Assembly: GCA_947053455.1 (NCBI GenBank)
Contig: CAMRSV010000001.1
Coordinates: forward strand, 96,001 to 160,000
Length of the DNA: 64,000 nucleotides
DNA from: an uncultured Alphaproteobacteria bacterium
GTDB taxonomy: Bacteria > Pseudomonadota > Alphaproteobacteria > Rs-D84
Direction of reading: 5' to 3'
Shown: positions 1 to 10,571 of the stretch, piece by piece
How positions within the stretch are numbered: the stretch's first letter is position 1
Layout: every line of letters begins with the position of its first letter
The notes under the pieces: generated by a model
Database searches by the model: none
What the model was told of the DNA's origin: nothing
The model's input: only the letters and a program-made list of their open reading frames with translations
Translations under genes and position numbers: made by a program

Positions 1-1
1 T

Positions 2-286
2 TTTCACATTGATAAAAATCTGTATCTGTTGCACTTTGGCGGCGTTGACTATAACATGATAAAAAATAAAATCGGCGACCGAAACCCATCATGGGAAAAA
101 CACCTAAAAAAACGCGCACGAACAATTGAAACAATCACAAAAGTGCATCGCCGAAATGCATCACTTAAAATCGCGCGTACGCTGCAAACCTTACTGCGCC
201 CTGTATACGACTGGAACAAGCCTGCGATGCTGGGGCTAAAAATGGTCACAACAATACCAGAACGCTTCAAGAAAATCGGTATATAA
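2..286 (+). CDS. 3' part of a gene truncated by the window edge; probably a glycosyltransferase-associated (GT2-like) protein
   Basis: Frame open from position 2 (FHIDKNLYLLHFGGVDY...) to TAA at 284-286; converges on the GT2 cluster at a shared hairpin. Family call is by resemblance only. Confidence 0.45.
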   Translation, partial: FHIDKNLYLLHFGGVDYNMIKNKIGDRNPSWEKHLKKRARTIETITKVHRRNASLKIARTLQTLLRPVYDWNKPAMLGLKMVTTIPERFKKIGI

Positions 287-311
287 AAATGGGGTGCATC
301 CCCCATTTTTT
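285..311. terminator. Bidirectional intrinsic terminator
   Basis: AAAAATGGGG-tgcatc-CCCCATTTTT between convergent genes. Confidence 0.75.
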
Positions 312-1314
312 ATTTCCGGTCAATCAATTTCAAAATGCGCCGCCGATATTTTCGTGCGCGCATTGTTTGCACAAAATCCAGCGCACCGTCACGATACATT
401 TTATCAAAATATATCCGTGCCGCATCCATGCCACCTGGAAACCCGCGTGCAGCGCGCATAACAATTATGAAAAATGGCCATAAAAATTCACGTGACCATG
501 TCCTTAATTGTTTTGTATTGGAATGTTTTTTTGCATACAAGTATGATGCCGCCGTCGCACGTGATATATTTTCAAAAACGTTACGTGATGTTGCGGCATT
601 TAATGCCGACGACATATTCGGCACATAATAGTACAGTGGCGTCCGCAAAATAACCGCATGTGGCCGACGCAGCAAAATCTCGGTCCACCAGAGAAAATCT
701 TCAGCAATTTTTATGGACGTGTCAAATTTCATTCCAGAAATAAATTTGCGGCGCATTAAATGCATCCATGGATAGCAATGCCGAATGCGAAACAATCCAA
801 ACGAATGGTTTCGTTCCGTTGAATACCCCAGCAAATTATCCGTCACGACACCCGTCACGCACGCCGGATTATAAACATGCGCCAAGGATTTTGGCACAAA
901 ATCCGCCGTATCAAGACCCGAACGCAACAGACGACGCATCCCCATTTGTGCACGCGCGTCAAAGCGAAAAGAAACAGTGTCGGCATTATTCTTATCCGCC
1001 AGGCATGTTGTTATTTCAAACAATTGCGGATGTATAAAATCATCGCTGTCTATAAATATCACATATTGCCCACGGGCAAGCTTTATACCGTCATTTCGCG
1101 CCGCAGATACACCCCCATTTTCTTTGTGGATTACACGTATACGCTTGTCACGACGCGCATATTCATCCAGTATTTTTCCACTGTTGTCCGGACTGCCGTC
1201 GTCGACACATATCGCCTCCCAGTCCGTTAATGTCTGACTCATCACACTGTCTAGACATCTGCGCACATATCTTTCAACTTTATATACTGGTATTATTACA
1301 CTTACTTTGGGCAT
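310..1314 (-). CDS. Glycosyltransferase family 2
   Basis: SVIIPVY, ICVDDGSPD, NGGVSAARN, FIDSDD and later ED motifs. Confidence 0.93.
   Translation of the reverse strand: MPKVSVIIPVYKVERYVRRCLDSVMSQTLTDWEAICVDDGSPDNSGKILDEYARRDKRIRVIHKENGGVSAARNDGIKLARGQYVIFIDSDDFIHPQLFEITTCLADKNNADTVSFRFDARAQMGMRRLLRSGLDTADFVPKSLAHVYNPACVTGVVTDNLLGYSTERNHSFGLFRIRHCYPWMHLMRRKFISGMKFDTSIKIAEDFLWWTEILLRRPHAVILRTPLYYYVPNMSSALNAATSRNVFENISRATAASYLYAKKHSNTKQLRTWSREFLWPFFIIVMRAARGFPGGMDAARIYFDKMYRDGALDFVQTMRARKYRRRILKLIDRK
1060..1314. repeat. 255-bp exact direct repeat, copy 1 (5' end of GT2 gene)
   Basis: Base-for-base identical to 1858-2112. Confidence 0.9.
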
Positions 1315-1317
1315 AGC

Positions 1318-2124
1318 TTATCCCCTAAAAAATTTTCCAACATACGGCAATTTCTGCAGTTTACGCATACGCCACAACCATATCAATCCGTGTTCACGCG
1401 CAAACGTGCGTCGAAACTTTTTACTGGCCTTGTAATCCAGTTTCATTTTTTTTCTTTTTTCCACATCACGCGAATTCAACAACGACAAATCGTTGAACAT
1501 ATAGTGATATAGCACATCGGGCACAACCACCAAAAGGCGCATACGCGTCAAAATCCGCAGCAGGAAATCCATATCCTCCATTGTCATCATGCCAACCGGA
1601 AAAGAAATTCCGCAATCGGATAAAAACTTACGCGAGAAAACATACCGCCACACATACCCATCCGACAATGCATTTGTTCGTTTAAAAATTCCAAATGTAG
1701 TACGCACAACGCGCATACGGTTGTACAACAATCCTTTTGTATATTTAACATTTGTGACAAATCCGCTTACCGCGGCATCCGCACCGGTACTAACCAGTGC
1801 ATCAATCATTTTCTCATAATAATCTGGGTCGATAAAATCATCACTGTCCATGAAATGCACATATTGCCCACGGGCAAGCTTTATACCGTCATTTCGCGCC
1901 GCAGATACACCCCCATTTTCTTTGTGGATTACACGTATACGCTTGTCACGACGCGCATATTCATCCAGTATTTTTCCACTGTTGTCCGGACTGCCGTCGT
2001 CGACACATATCGCCTCCCAGTCCGTTAATGTCTGACTCATCACACTGTCTAGACATCTGCGCACATATCTTTCAACTTTATATACTGGTATTATTACACT
2101 TACTTTGGGCATTTTTACTGTCAT
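1318..2124 (-). CDS. Glycosyltransferase family 2
   Basis: Same GT2 N-terminus (FMDSDD); start at 2124 or 2112. Confidence 0.93.
   Translation of the reverse strand: MTVKMPKVSVIIPVYKVERYVRRCLDSVMSQTLTDWEAICVDDGSPDNSGKILDEYARRDKRIRVIHKENGGVSAARNDGIKLARGQYVHFMDSDDFIDPDYYEKMIDALVSTGADAAVSGFVTNVKYTKGLLYNRMRVVRTTFGIFKRTNALSDGYVWRYVFSRKFLSDCGISFPVGMMTMEDMDFLLRILTRMRLLVVVPDVLYHYMFNDLSLLNSRDVEKRKKMKLDYKASKKFRRTFAREHGLIWLWRMRKLQKLPYVGKFFRG
1858..2112. repeat. 255-bp exact direct repeat, copy 2
   Basis: Identical to 1060-1314. Confidence 0.9.
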
Positions 2125-2126
2125 GG

Positions 2127-3152
2127 TTATTTATTTCGGGGTCGAATAAAATCATATATTTTTGCACGAACTTTGGCAGCCCACTTGAACGGCGGATTGT
2201 CCAACGCGCCAATTTTATTCATTTCTACAAAGCATTCACGCGCCGCATTCAAATCATGCGCATTGTCTATGTATTTTATCTTGCTGAACGCCTTTTTTAT
2301 AAAAAACCATTTAAAATTGTCGGTCCAGCACCGTGTCTGATATTCATTGGCACTTTTATGATACAACATGTACGCGTCATTGATTCCGATGCACAATCCC
2401 TGCAGTATATGCAATGCCTTGGCCGACAAAACAATTCCACCAAAATTCGGGCGATAAAAAACCAAGGGCATGCGCGTAATTGTAGTTCGCGGCTGCTTAA
2501 GCAAAAGTGCCGACCACCACGGAACATCCTCAAACAAAATACCTTTTATAAACGCGATATCTTGAATCATTTCGCGCCGATACAGGTTTTTCCAAACCTG
2601 GCAATGCTTTACCAGCCATTTTCTTTTCAAATTAAAGGGGTTGTGCGTACGTTCGGTCGCATATTTAAATATATCGTCCGTTACACGTGTTTTTATTTTT
2701 GCCGCATCATACCGGCGCCGTATACTTTTCGGTACGACATTATCTGTGTCCAAACCCAATTTATGCCGTATCATCATTTTCGGCCGATACGAACGGTCGT
2801 ACGTAAACGCCACCATATCTGAATTGTCGCGGCGCGCCAGGGTATATGTCACCTCCATCGCCTGGGGATGCAAAAAGTCATCACTGTCCAGATACATGAC
2901 ATAATCGCCGCGTGCATGCTTCATTCCAGTATTTCGCGCAACGGACAGTCCCATATTTTCCTGCGTAAAGACCTTGAAGCGTTTATCGCGCGCGGCATAT
3001 TCTGCCAAAATCTTGCCACTATTGTCTGGGCTGCCGTCGTCGACGCATATCGCCTCCCAGTCGGTAAATGTCTGCGCAATCACACTGTCTAGGCATGCCC
3101 GCAGATATTTTTCAACCTTAAAAACAGGTATAATTATTGAAATTGCTGGCAT
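2127..3152 (-). CDS. Glycosyltransferase family 2
   Basis: SIIIPVF, VDDGSPD, GLSVARN, YLDSDD, FED motifs. Confidence 0.93.
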   Translation of the reverse strand: MPAISIIIPVFKVEKYLRACLDSVIAQTFTDWEAICVDDGSPDNSGKILAEYAARDKRFKVFTQENMGLSVARNTGMKHARGDYVMYLDSDDFLHPQAMEVTYTLARRDNSDMVAFTYDRSYRPKMMIRHKLGLDTDNVVPKSIRRRYDAAKIKTRVTDDIFKYATERTHNPFNLKRKWLVKHCQVWKNLYRREMIQDIAFIKGILFEDVPWWSALLLKQPRTTITRMPLVFYRPNFGGIVLSAKALHILQGLCIGINDAYMLYHKSANEYQTRCWTDNFKWFFIKKAFSKIKYIDNAHDLNAARECFVEMNKIGALDNPPFKWAAKVRAKIYDFIRPRNK

Positions 3153-3164
3153 GCCCGCCCCTTT

Positions 3165-4070
3165 TTATTTATTCATCTTGTTTATCATGACATCAGCAAC
3201 ACTGCCCGGAATCTGGCGCTTTGCCCACGGGCTTTTGTACGCCGTTTTCTGGAAAAACGCACCTGATGTGTATTTATCGAACAATTCCTGACTAAATGGT
3301 TCATTTGCAATTGACCACCACAGGGCATGCGTCGGATCTTGATCTACATGCGGCATCTTTTCAAAATACTTGGCGGCCAATGGGTCGTTTTGAACCAGCG
3401 CCTTAAACATCAATTGATGCATGAAGTAATCAAATTCGCGTGGCTCGTTCAACCAGAAATTATGAATCACTGCACGCCATGCCTCTAATAGATATGCCCC
3501 CTTGCGGCCACGTATAAAACAGTTCTGAATAAAACTGTACGGGCTGCCAACATTTTCACCGGCCATAAATACAAAGAAATCTTGGTCTACGATATATTGC
3601 GGTATGGGCGATGTCACAAACCCCGTCGAATCCAGCCAGAATCCCCCGTGATTATGCAACAGTTCAACCCGGCAAATATCCAAGAAATGCGCGACCGCGA
3701 TTTTGCCCTCATGAAACTTGTCCATAATTACGCCAGGCAAGTCTATGTAATTGAACAAAGTCTTTTCATCAAGCAACAATACTTTTTGTGTCAGGTTCTT
3801 TTCCGCACTGCGCATGCATGCCTTGACCAAATCGGGCATCGGGTTGTACCCCCAGAAAACGAACACGTTTTCATTTGCGTCGTTTTTTACCGCTGGCTTT
3901 TCTGCGACAGTACCCGGCGCCGGAACGTAACGCGCCAGATAGCGCGGTATCGCAACGGTTGCAACGGCACACCGATGGGCGCGGCGCTTATCACGCGGCC
4001 ACCACAGCGGGTTTAATACGTGCGCGCGCAACGCAATGTCCGTCAATGCTAATGTTCTGCTTAATTTCAT
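3165..4070 (-). CDS. Capsular polysaccharide synthesis protein (Caps_synth / GT32-like)
   Basis: FVFW..MPDLVKAC, AHFLDICRVELL..HGGFWLDST, DYFM patterns. Confidence 0.82.
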   Translation of the reverse strand: MKLSRTLALTDIALRAHVLNPLWWPRDKRRAHRCAVATVAIPRYLARYVPAPGTVAEKPAVKNDANENVFVFWGYNPMPDLVKACMRSAEKNLTQKVLLLDEKTLFNYIDLPGVIMDKFHEGKIAVAHFLDICRVELLHNHGGFWLDSTGFVTSPIPQYIVDQDFFVFMAGENVGSPYSFIQNCFIRGRKGAYLLEAWRAVIHNFWLNEPREFDYFMHQLMFKALVQNDPLAAKYFEKMPHVDQDPTHALWWSIANEPFSQELFDKYTSGAFFQKTAYKSPWAKRQIPGSVADVMINKMNK

Positions 4071-4150
4071 AAGGCACCCCTTTTAGTTATAAATTACAAT
4101 AATATAAATGTTTTTACCATTCGTCTAAATCATGTAGCATTGTTTCCTCC

Positions 4151-5233
4151 TTATTCTTCTGTGACTGACATTTCATCCGCATCATCTTCGGCGGGGCCGG
4201 TTGTCATCTCTTCGGCAATACCCGACGCACGTGCCATGATTTTTTCTAGCAATTCTTTCTGAACATCTTCGCGGTCACGCAGCCATTGGCGTGCATTTGC
4301 CTCGCCCTGCCCCATGCGCTCACTATTATATGAATAAAAGCTACCCGCCTTTTCAATCAGGTCGTATTTCACACCCATATCCAGAATTTCACTAACGCGA
4401 CTTATACCTTCGCCGTACATGATTTTGAAATCAACCGTCCGGAATGGCGGTGCGACTTTGTTTTTAACAACCTTAACACGTGTTTCGTTACCAACAATGT
4501 TTTCCTTGTCCTTTATTTGACCGGTGCGGCGAATATCCAGACGTACCGACGCATAGAACTTTAACGCATTACCACCAGATGTCGTTTCCGGGTTTCCAAA
4601 CATAACACCGATTTTCATACGTATTTGGTTGATAAAGATAAGAAGAGTGTTACTGCGCGAAACAGAACCAGCAAGTTTTTTCAAACTCTGACTCATCAAT
4701 CGCGCTGTGGTACCGACAAATGAATCGCCGATATTTCCCTCTAATTCCGCACGCGGAACCAGCGCCGCCACACTGTCAATTACAACAACATCAACCGCAC
4801 CAGATTTTACCAACGTATCTGTGATTTCCAATGCCTGTTCACCGGAATCGGGCTGCGATATAATCAGATTTGATACATCAACACCCAGTTTTTTCGCGTA
4901 ACTTGGATCCAGTGCATTTTCCGCATCAATATACGCACATGTGCCGCCTTTTTTCTGTGCCTCTGCAACCGCATGCAGGGCAAGCGTTGTTTTACCCGAA
5001 CTTTCCGGTCCATAAATTTCAATTATACGACCACGCGGATATCCGCCAATACCCAGCGCAATATCCAAACCCAAGGAACCACTTGATATTGCCTCAATAT
5101 TCTGCTGGGTGCCGTCACCCATTTTCATAATGGCTTCCTTGCCAAATTGCTTTTGAATTTGCGCCAAGGCAGATTCCAATGCCGGATTTTTTGCGGCCGC
5201 ACCTGTTTCTTTCACAGATTCTTTCTTTGCCAT
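4151..5233 (-). CDS. recA: Recombinase RecA
   Basis: GPESSGKTT Walker A; [28 protein letters not shown] signature. Confidence 0.99.
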   Translation of the reverse strand: MAKKESVKETGAAAKNPALESALAQIQKQFGKEAIMKMGDGTQQNIEAISSGSLGLDIALGIGGYPRGRIIEIYGPESSGKTTLALHAVAEAQKKGGTCAYIDAENALDPSYAKKLGVDVSNLIISQPDSGEQALEITDTLVKSGAVDVVVIDSVAALVPRAELEGNIGDSFVGTTARLMSQSLKKLAGSVSRSNTLLIFINQIRMKIGVMFGNPETTSGGNALKFYASVRLDIRRTGQIKDKENIVGNETRVKVVKNKVAPPFRTVDFKIMYGEGISRVSEILDMGVKYDLIEKAGSFYSYNSERMGQGEANARQWLRDREDVQKELLEKIMARASGIAEEMTTGPAEDDADEMSVTEE

Positions 5234-5301
5234 AAATTTCCCCTTTTTTCTTTTGTTTTAATGATACAAGGAAATTTACCCGCGCGCAATTAAATAATAT
5301 T

Positions 5302-6492
5302 TTAAGAATCACCGCGCCCTATTAGAACCAAGGCCGCCATAACACCTATTGCCGACGTTACAATCCAAACTGCGCTTGTTGCGCCAAACACCGCGATACA
5401 TGCCGCCCCCAGCATTGGTGCCACAACATTAGGAAGGTTTACACTGGTGCGGAACACACCATAGAAACGGTTCTGTTGGGATTTTGTTGCATTGTCAAAA
5501 AACATCAAATCATGCACTGATTCCATCAATGCGCCCGACACCTGCCACAAGATGAATACAGACAACAACGTATACCCTGATGCAAATGTTGCGATTGCGG
5601 AAAATACGGAAAACGACACAAATCCCAGCATTAGCCATAATTTCTTGCCAAAGCGACGCACGGCGCGTCCCATAAATTCACTCAACAACAAATACGGAAC
5701 AATCCCCAGCGTCAGAACCAGCCCCAGTGTATCTTTGGAAAAACCGTTTTCAATAACCACAATCGGCACATAGAGATAACGCATCGCCCGCAGCGAATAA
5801 TATCCAAAATTAACCAAATATGCCCGCAGCATGCCCGGCGTACGGAAAAACGCATGCGTATTTCGCATAAGCGCGCGCATGGTTTTACGCGGGTCGGTGG
5901 CACGCCTTTTTTTCTCTTCCTGTACGATACCAAAATACTTAAAGAACATCCATCCGGCCAGATATATAACGGCCGATGCGAAAAACGCGGCACGTGTTCC
6001 GAATATATTTGCAATCTGAACCGCAATCATTGGTGCAAAAAACGCCCCAATATTCAACCACAGATGATAGCGCGCGTTTAACTTTGCCATACCGATATTT
6101 TTGGAAAAGTCCGCCATAAAAAGTGGAATTAGCACACCAACCAATGTAATCGCGATACCCGTCGTGTAGTCAAGAATGATAAATGTTGATGGACTAATTG
6201 AAAAACTCATCATCGCATAGCACAACGCTAGCGCTAACATTGAAAAATAAAACAACCGCGCCTTGGAAAACATGCGCAGCAGTTCGTTCGCAAACAGTCC
6301 CACAATCATGCAAAATGCCGAATAAAACGCGACATAGACACCAACCACCGCCGACGACAGGAATATCTCTAAAATAACCAGCGAATAAACCGCGTTGTAA
6401 ATACCGTCCGCAAAACCTGTAAACAGCCCCAGATTCGAAAACGAAAATCCACTTACATTTTCCCTTACCGAAATATACTTGTCCTTTGCCAT
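5302..6492 (-). CDS. MFS transporter
   Basis: ~12 hydrophobic segments in 396 aa; GRAVRRFGKK loop motif. Confidence 0.8.
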   Translation of the reverse strand: MAKDKYISVRENVSGFSFSNLGLFTGFADGIYNAVYSLVILEIFLSSAVVGVYVAFYSAFCMIVGLFANELLRMFSKARLFYFSMLALALCYAMMSFSISPSTFIILDYTTGIAITLVGVLIPLFMADFSKNIGMAKLNARYHLWLNIGAFFAPMIAVQIANIFGTRAAFFASAVIYLAGWMFFKYFGIVQEEKKRRATDPRKTMRALMRNTHAFFRTPGMLRAYLVNFGYYSLRAMRYLYVPIVVIENGFSKDTLGLVLTLGIVPYLLLSEFMGRAVRRFGKKLWLMLGFVSFSVFSAIATFASGYTLLSVFILWQVSGALMESVHDLMFFDNATKSQQNRFYGVFRTSVNLPNVVAPMLGAACIAVFGATSAVWIVTSAIGVMAALVLIGRGDS

Positions 6493-6554
6493 ATGCGTAT
6501 CCCAAATATTGTGTGGGCAAATATTAACATAATGCGACGCGCAAAAACATCCGA

Positions 6555-6887
6555 TTATTTTCTGAAGCTGATTTTTTCAACAACGCTGCGCCCGAAATAG
6601 CGGTTTATCTTTTCGACAATTTCGTCCGACATGTATGACAATTGCAATGCGAACGCCGGATTCGCAGGTCGAATTGCAATATTATACCCCCCGTTGCGTG
6701 TTTTTTTAATGGCGGCCAATTTTGCAATCTTTGCTATTTCGCCCCCCATAATTTCATCCCATCGCGCAGACAAATCCGCGTCCGACGCACGAACGCCGAA
6801 CATACGTATCAGCCCACCCAACGCCCCCGCGATTGTCATCGGGCGCGATGCGCGCGTCGTTATGTTTTTATTTTGCTGGTTTGACAT
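6555..6887 (-). CDS. DUF721/DciA family protein
   Basis: WDEIMG...ALQLSY..DEIVEKINRYFG..VEKISF pattern. Confidence 0.8.
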   Translation of the reverse strand: MSNQQNKNITTRASRPMTIAGALGGLIRMFGVRASDADLSARWDEIMGGEIAKIAKLAAIKKTRNGGYNIAIRPANPAFALQLSYMSDEIVEKINRYFGRSVVEKISFRK

Positions 6888-8010
6888 AATCGTATTCTTT
6901 CGGCATCAGGATAAACATCTGACCCTGGGCATGCTGACCATGGGCGAACTGATACGCTTCTTGCCCCTTGCCAAAAAATATATCTGCACGTATCCAGCCG
7001 CGTATTGCACTACCTGTATCTTGTGCAATCATAAGACGGCGGAATTTGCGCCCGTCGGACAAATTTGTGCTGATATACACAGGCATACCAAGGGTATAAA
7101 TACTATCATCCATGGCAACAGAACGAATTTTCGATAATGGCGTTCCCAGTTTCCCAATTACATCTGGCGGAACAGACTCATAAAAATAAACATAGCGCGG
7201 ATTCGTGTAAATAACATCTTTAGCTAATGACGGATTTTTTTTCAAATGCGACCATACCGCATCTGCGGAATAGCCTCCGTCCGGTCGAATGCCGCGACGA
7301 CGCAATTCTTCGCCAATTGATTTGAACGGCATATCATTGACGGCCGCAAAATTTAATTTCACCATCTTACCGTCATCTAATTGCAACATACCGCTTCCCT
7401 GAATCTGAATATTTTGAACATCAACAATATTCGCCCAATACAAAACGCGACCTATCTGTTGTTCAACAATATCCTTTTTCGCCACCCCTTTGTAATTACG
7501 TCCGTCAGTTGGTACCCCCATCAGCGGTTCATTACATTGTGCCGTTTTGGTGCGGCACCCTGGAATAATGGGGGAATAATATCCCGTGTATGTACCGGTA
7601 TCACGACCGTTATCATCATAAATTTGATACGGTTGGAAATTTGATTCAAACCATGCGCGCACTGTCGCCACATCTGCGGACGCACTGGGTAATGAATTGC
7701 ACTTTTCTTCAACCAATGCGCGGTCGGGAATTACACGGCCGGTGTATTGAATCTTGGCACGGCACGAATTACGAAACGCCTGCAGGGCATATCTGACATC
7801 ATCATCACGCCAGCCCGGCAAATCAGAATACGACACGCGCCGCAGATTACCCGGCACGACGGAATCGTCACCCGAATGACGCGACGGCGACAAATCGCAC
7901 CCGGCAATCACCACAAGACACACCGCCGCCAAAACAGCGCGCATAAACCGATTGTTTTCCCAAATCTTCATTTTTATCGTCTCCCCCACTTGTAAAACAA
8001 CTTCTTTCAT
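6868..8010 (-). CDS. mltA: Membrane-bound lytic transglycosylase MltA
   Basis: TGYYSP, QIQGSG, NPRYVYF, AQDTGSAIRG, RADIFFG; lipobox IAGC (true start may be 7971 or 7944). Confidence 0.93.
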   Translation of the reverse strand: MKEVVLQVGETIKMKIWENNRFMRAVLAAVCLVVIAGCDLSPSRHSGDDSVVPGNLRRVSYSDLPGWRDDDVRYALQAFRNSCRAKIQYTGRVIPDRALVEEKCNSLPSASADVATVRAWFESNFQPYQIYDDNGRDTGTYTGYYSPIIPGCRTKTAQCNEPLMGVPTDGRNYKGVAKKDIVEQQIGRVLYWANIVDVQNIQIQGSGMLQLDDGKMVKLNFAAVNDMPFKSIGEELRRRGIRPDGGYSADAVWSHLKKNPSLAKDVIYTNPRYVYFYESVPPDVIGKLGTPLSKIRSVAMDDSIYTLGMPVYISTNLSDGRKFRRLMIAQDTGSAIRGWIRADIFFGKGQEAYQFAHGQHAQGQMFILMPKEYDYVKPAK

Positions 8011-8081
8011 GCTATATTAACATAAAATATGGGGTTAAGTCCAGACCGGGTTTGCCCCGGAAAACAAGGAGCAAACAAAAA

Positions 8082-8522
8082 ATGGCAAACTTTAATATCA
8101 TTTCCCAGTTCTTAAAGGACATTTCCTTTGAAAGTCCGAATGTTCCGGAATTGTTCTTTAAGCAGGACAATAGCCCGGCCAAAATGGAAATTAACATCGA
8201 TATGCAGGTAAAGGGTGCGGAAAACAACTTGTTTATGGTTGATTTGATTATCAAGGCGCATTCCAAACTGGAAGCGGATGACAAATCAATATTCATGATT
8301 GATTCGACATATTCCAGCCTGGTTCAAATGGACGAAAACGTCAAGGATGAAGAAACTAAAAAACGCACATTGTTGATTGATGTGCCGACACTGCTGTTCC
8401 CGGCGGTGCGCGCGCTGATTGTGCGTCTGACGGCAGAATCCGGATTCCCGCCGTTCGCGATGCAACCGGTTGATTTCGAGGCATTGTATAACCAGAAACA
8501 AAGTACTACGGCCAACAAATAA
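8082..8522 (+). CDS. secB: Protein-export chaperone SecB
   Basis: QFLKDISFESP, LLFPAVR, GFPP..QPVDFEALY; AAGGAG SD before ATG 8082. Confidence 0.95.
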   Translation: MANFNIISQFLKDISFESPNVPELFFKQDNSPAKMEINIDMQVKGAENNLFMVDLIIKAHSKLEADDKSIFMIDSTYSSLVQMDENVKDEETKKRTLLIDVPTLLFPAVRALIVRLTAESGFPPFAMQPVDFEALYNQKQSTTANK

Positions 8523-8542
8523 TCTGATTATGATAAAATATT

Positions 8543-8570
8543 ACCCCGGAAATTCCGGGGTTTTGTTTTG
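8543..8570 (+). terminator. Intrinsic terminator after secB
   Basis: ACCCCGGAA-a-TTCCGGGGT followed by a T tract. Confidence 0.8.
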
Positions 8571-8588
8571 CCGTACACGCATCCGCGA

Positions 8589-9608
8589 CTATTTTTCATT
8601 TGCCATTTGATTAAGATAATATGAAATAGATTCCCCGATAAAATATGAACTTTTTTCAGTCGGGTTAACCTGGTATTGCGTAAAATCTTGTTCGGACAGC
8701 ATATAAATTAACCGACTATCCCATATTTTTTGACATCCCACTGCGCCATAATTTGCGACTGTATAATCTATGAAATGCGCAAATTCATGAAAAAAAGAGC
8801 CGCAATATTTATTAAACAATTCTGAATCTGTTTTACCGTGATTTAATTTTATAATGTTTGCACGATTTATAACTATAAAGCGATAAGTATTACCGGCTTT
8901 GTCATTATGACGTAAATATACGCCACACAAATTGTTATCAAAATTTCTAACGTAATTATCATGTTCTTTTATAGAACTCGGCAGATTTTTCCAAGAATCG
9001 ATTACCAAAACTTTCAAACCTATTTCCGTAAGCCCTATATTCGCTTTTAATACATCCGCCAATTTTTGAAAAAATTGTTCAAGCATAATCCTATCGCCAT
9101 GGACCGCATTGGCACGTGCCTCTTTATAAACATCAGGATTTTCCGCAATAAACTTTTTAAACTCGCGAATATAGTACAGTGCCACTTCCGGCAAATTATA
9201 AACCTTATCTGAAATCTGATGTCGTAATTGTGCCGCGTCCGAGCCTTTCTTTTTCATTTTTGCAATTTCCACATCAAATGTTGAAAACGCGCCCCCGACA
9301 TCAAATAAATCCGGGCTGCGTACAAACTGATAAATAGAAATGTCACGCGGTCGATTCCTATCCATTTCAATCGCGCGCCGCATACGTTCAATTGTTCCGA
9401 TAATACCAAATTCTGCAATCAACGATTTAATTGCCGGAGATAATTTTTCATGCAGCGCGGCTTTGCGTGATATATCCGCCTCAATATATTCTGTTAATCG
9501 CGACAACAAAATCTGTGCGTCACGCACGGTCCAGCTGACTTCATTTGCATCATTTTGACCCGCAACCAATTTTTTGGCCGCATTATTAAAATCTTTATCT
9601 TTTGCCAT
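8589..9608 (-). CDS. Hypothetical protein with zincin-like HExxH motif
   Basis: 339 aa ORF; FFHEFAHFID and a downstream Y..NPTE motif; AT-rich 3' half. Confidence 0.65.
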   Translation of the reverse strand: MAKDKDFNNAAKKLVAGQNDANEVSWTVRDAQILLSRLTEYIEADISRKAALHEKLSPAIKSLIAEFGIIGTIERMRRAIEMDRNRPRDISIYQFVRSPDLFDVGGAFSTFDVEIAKMKKKGSDAAQLRHQISDKVYNLPEVALYYIREFKKFIAENPDVYKEARANAVHGDRIMLEQFFQKLADVLKANIGLTEIGLKVLVIDSWKNLPSSIKEHDNYVRNFDNNLCGVYLRHNDKAGNTYRFIVINRANIIKLNHGKTDSELFNKYCGSFFHEFAHFIDYTVANYGAVGCQKIWDSRLIYMLSEQDFTQYQVNPTEKSSYFIGESISYYLNQMANEK

Positions 9609-10280
9609 TTTTGTTACCGTTTTAATAAATATTATATCATAAAAGATAATAAAATAAAAACAGCCAGCAACCGCCCAGAATTTTCCACAGGCGTATTTAT
9701 TTAACGCAGATTTTTTATCAGAAATTTCCCTGCCTTATCAGATGGATATCTGACTATCCGTCACCATATAAACTAACAACAAAAAATGATATATACATCA
9801 AAATATCAGTTTTTATCAACCGCAAATTGAATATAATAATTAATTCTATTTAATTAAATTTGGTTAAAAACGAATATAAGGCAAAAGGATAATTGATACC
9901 GAAACAAAACGGCAGTGCCGTCGTGGCTTATGCACGATTGACTATACAGGAATAAAAACATAAAATTTATCTAATTACAGATTAATGGCTGCGACTAAAT
10001 CAATATAGCTTTATCAACACCAAGATTTATTAAATATGTCTATCCACCGCAAACCTTGCATGGCCGCCCACCACGACGGATTACATCGCGACTGTCTATA
10101 TGTACACAATTTTTAGGCACAAGATTAAAATGATATAATTCTACATGCCTATTTACTACACATACCAAAATCAATCAAAAGATGATTTTACTCGATAAAA
10201 CAACCGTTTTAAGAAATAATTTTTCAAACACCAAAATAAATTACAAGATTATATAAAATCAGATTTTACTCCGGCATAGA

Positions 10281-10379
10281 GGTATGAGAGTGGCTGATTC
10301 CCTCGGCGCGGTGCGCCTGTGGGGAAACCGTAATGGCTCGACTGTGCTGTCGCTTGTCTCGCCCACTTGTTTTCGAACC
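10281..10379 (-). repeat. Degenerate copy of the tRNA-Tyr 3' end interrupted in the T-loop
   Basis: GAGTGGCTG-ATTC[71 nt]TTCGAACC versus tRNA-Tyr GAGTGGCTGGATTCGAACC; TTC duplicated around the insert. Confidence 0.55.
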
Positions 10380-10424
10380 TGCGACTAATAGTCGGATGAA
10401 CCCATGCCATAAACTACAATCCCC

Positions 10425-10461
10425 AAAATAAAAACACCCGATAAACGGATGTTTTTATTTT
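10425..10461 (-). terminator. Terminator after the tRNA-Gly/tRNA-Tyr operon
   Basis: AAAATAAAAACACCCG-ataaa-CGGATGTTTTTATTTT. Confidence 0.7.
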
Positions 10462-10547
10462 GGTGGGAGTGGCTGGATTCGAACCAGCTCAGGCTTAAGC
10501 CAACAGATTTACAGTCTGCCCCGGCTCTCCAACTCCGGCGCACGCCC
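10461..10547 (-). tRNA. tRNA-Tyr(GTA)
   Basis: Anticodon loop CTGTAAA, long variable arm, GGTTCGAATCC T-arm, encoded CCA. Confidence 0.95.
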
Positions 10548-10571
10548 AATCTGAACCAAGATTTTTAATCT

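Noticed and set aside
5234-5301. LexA box upstream of recA (and uvrB)
   Set aside because: No GTTC-N7-GTTC or CTGT-N8-ACAG found.
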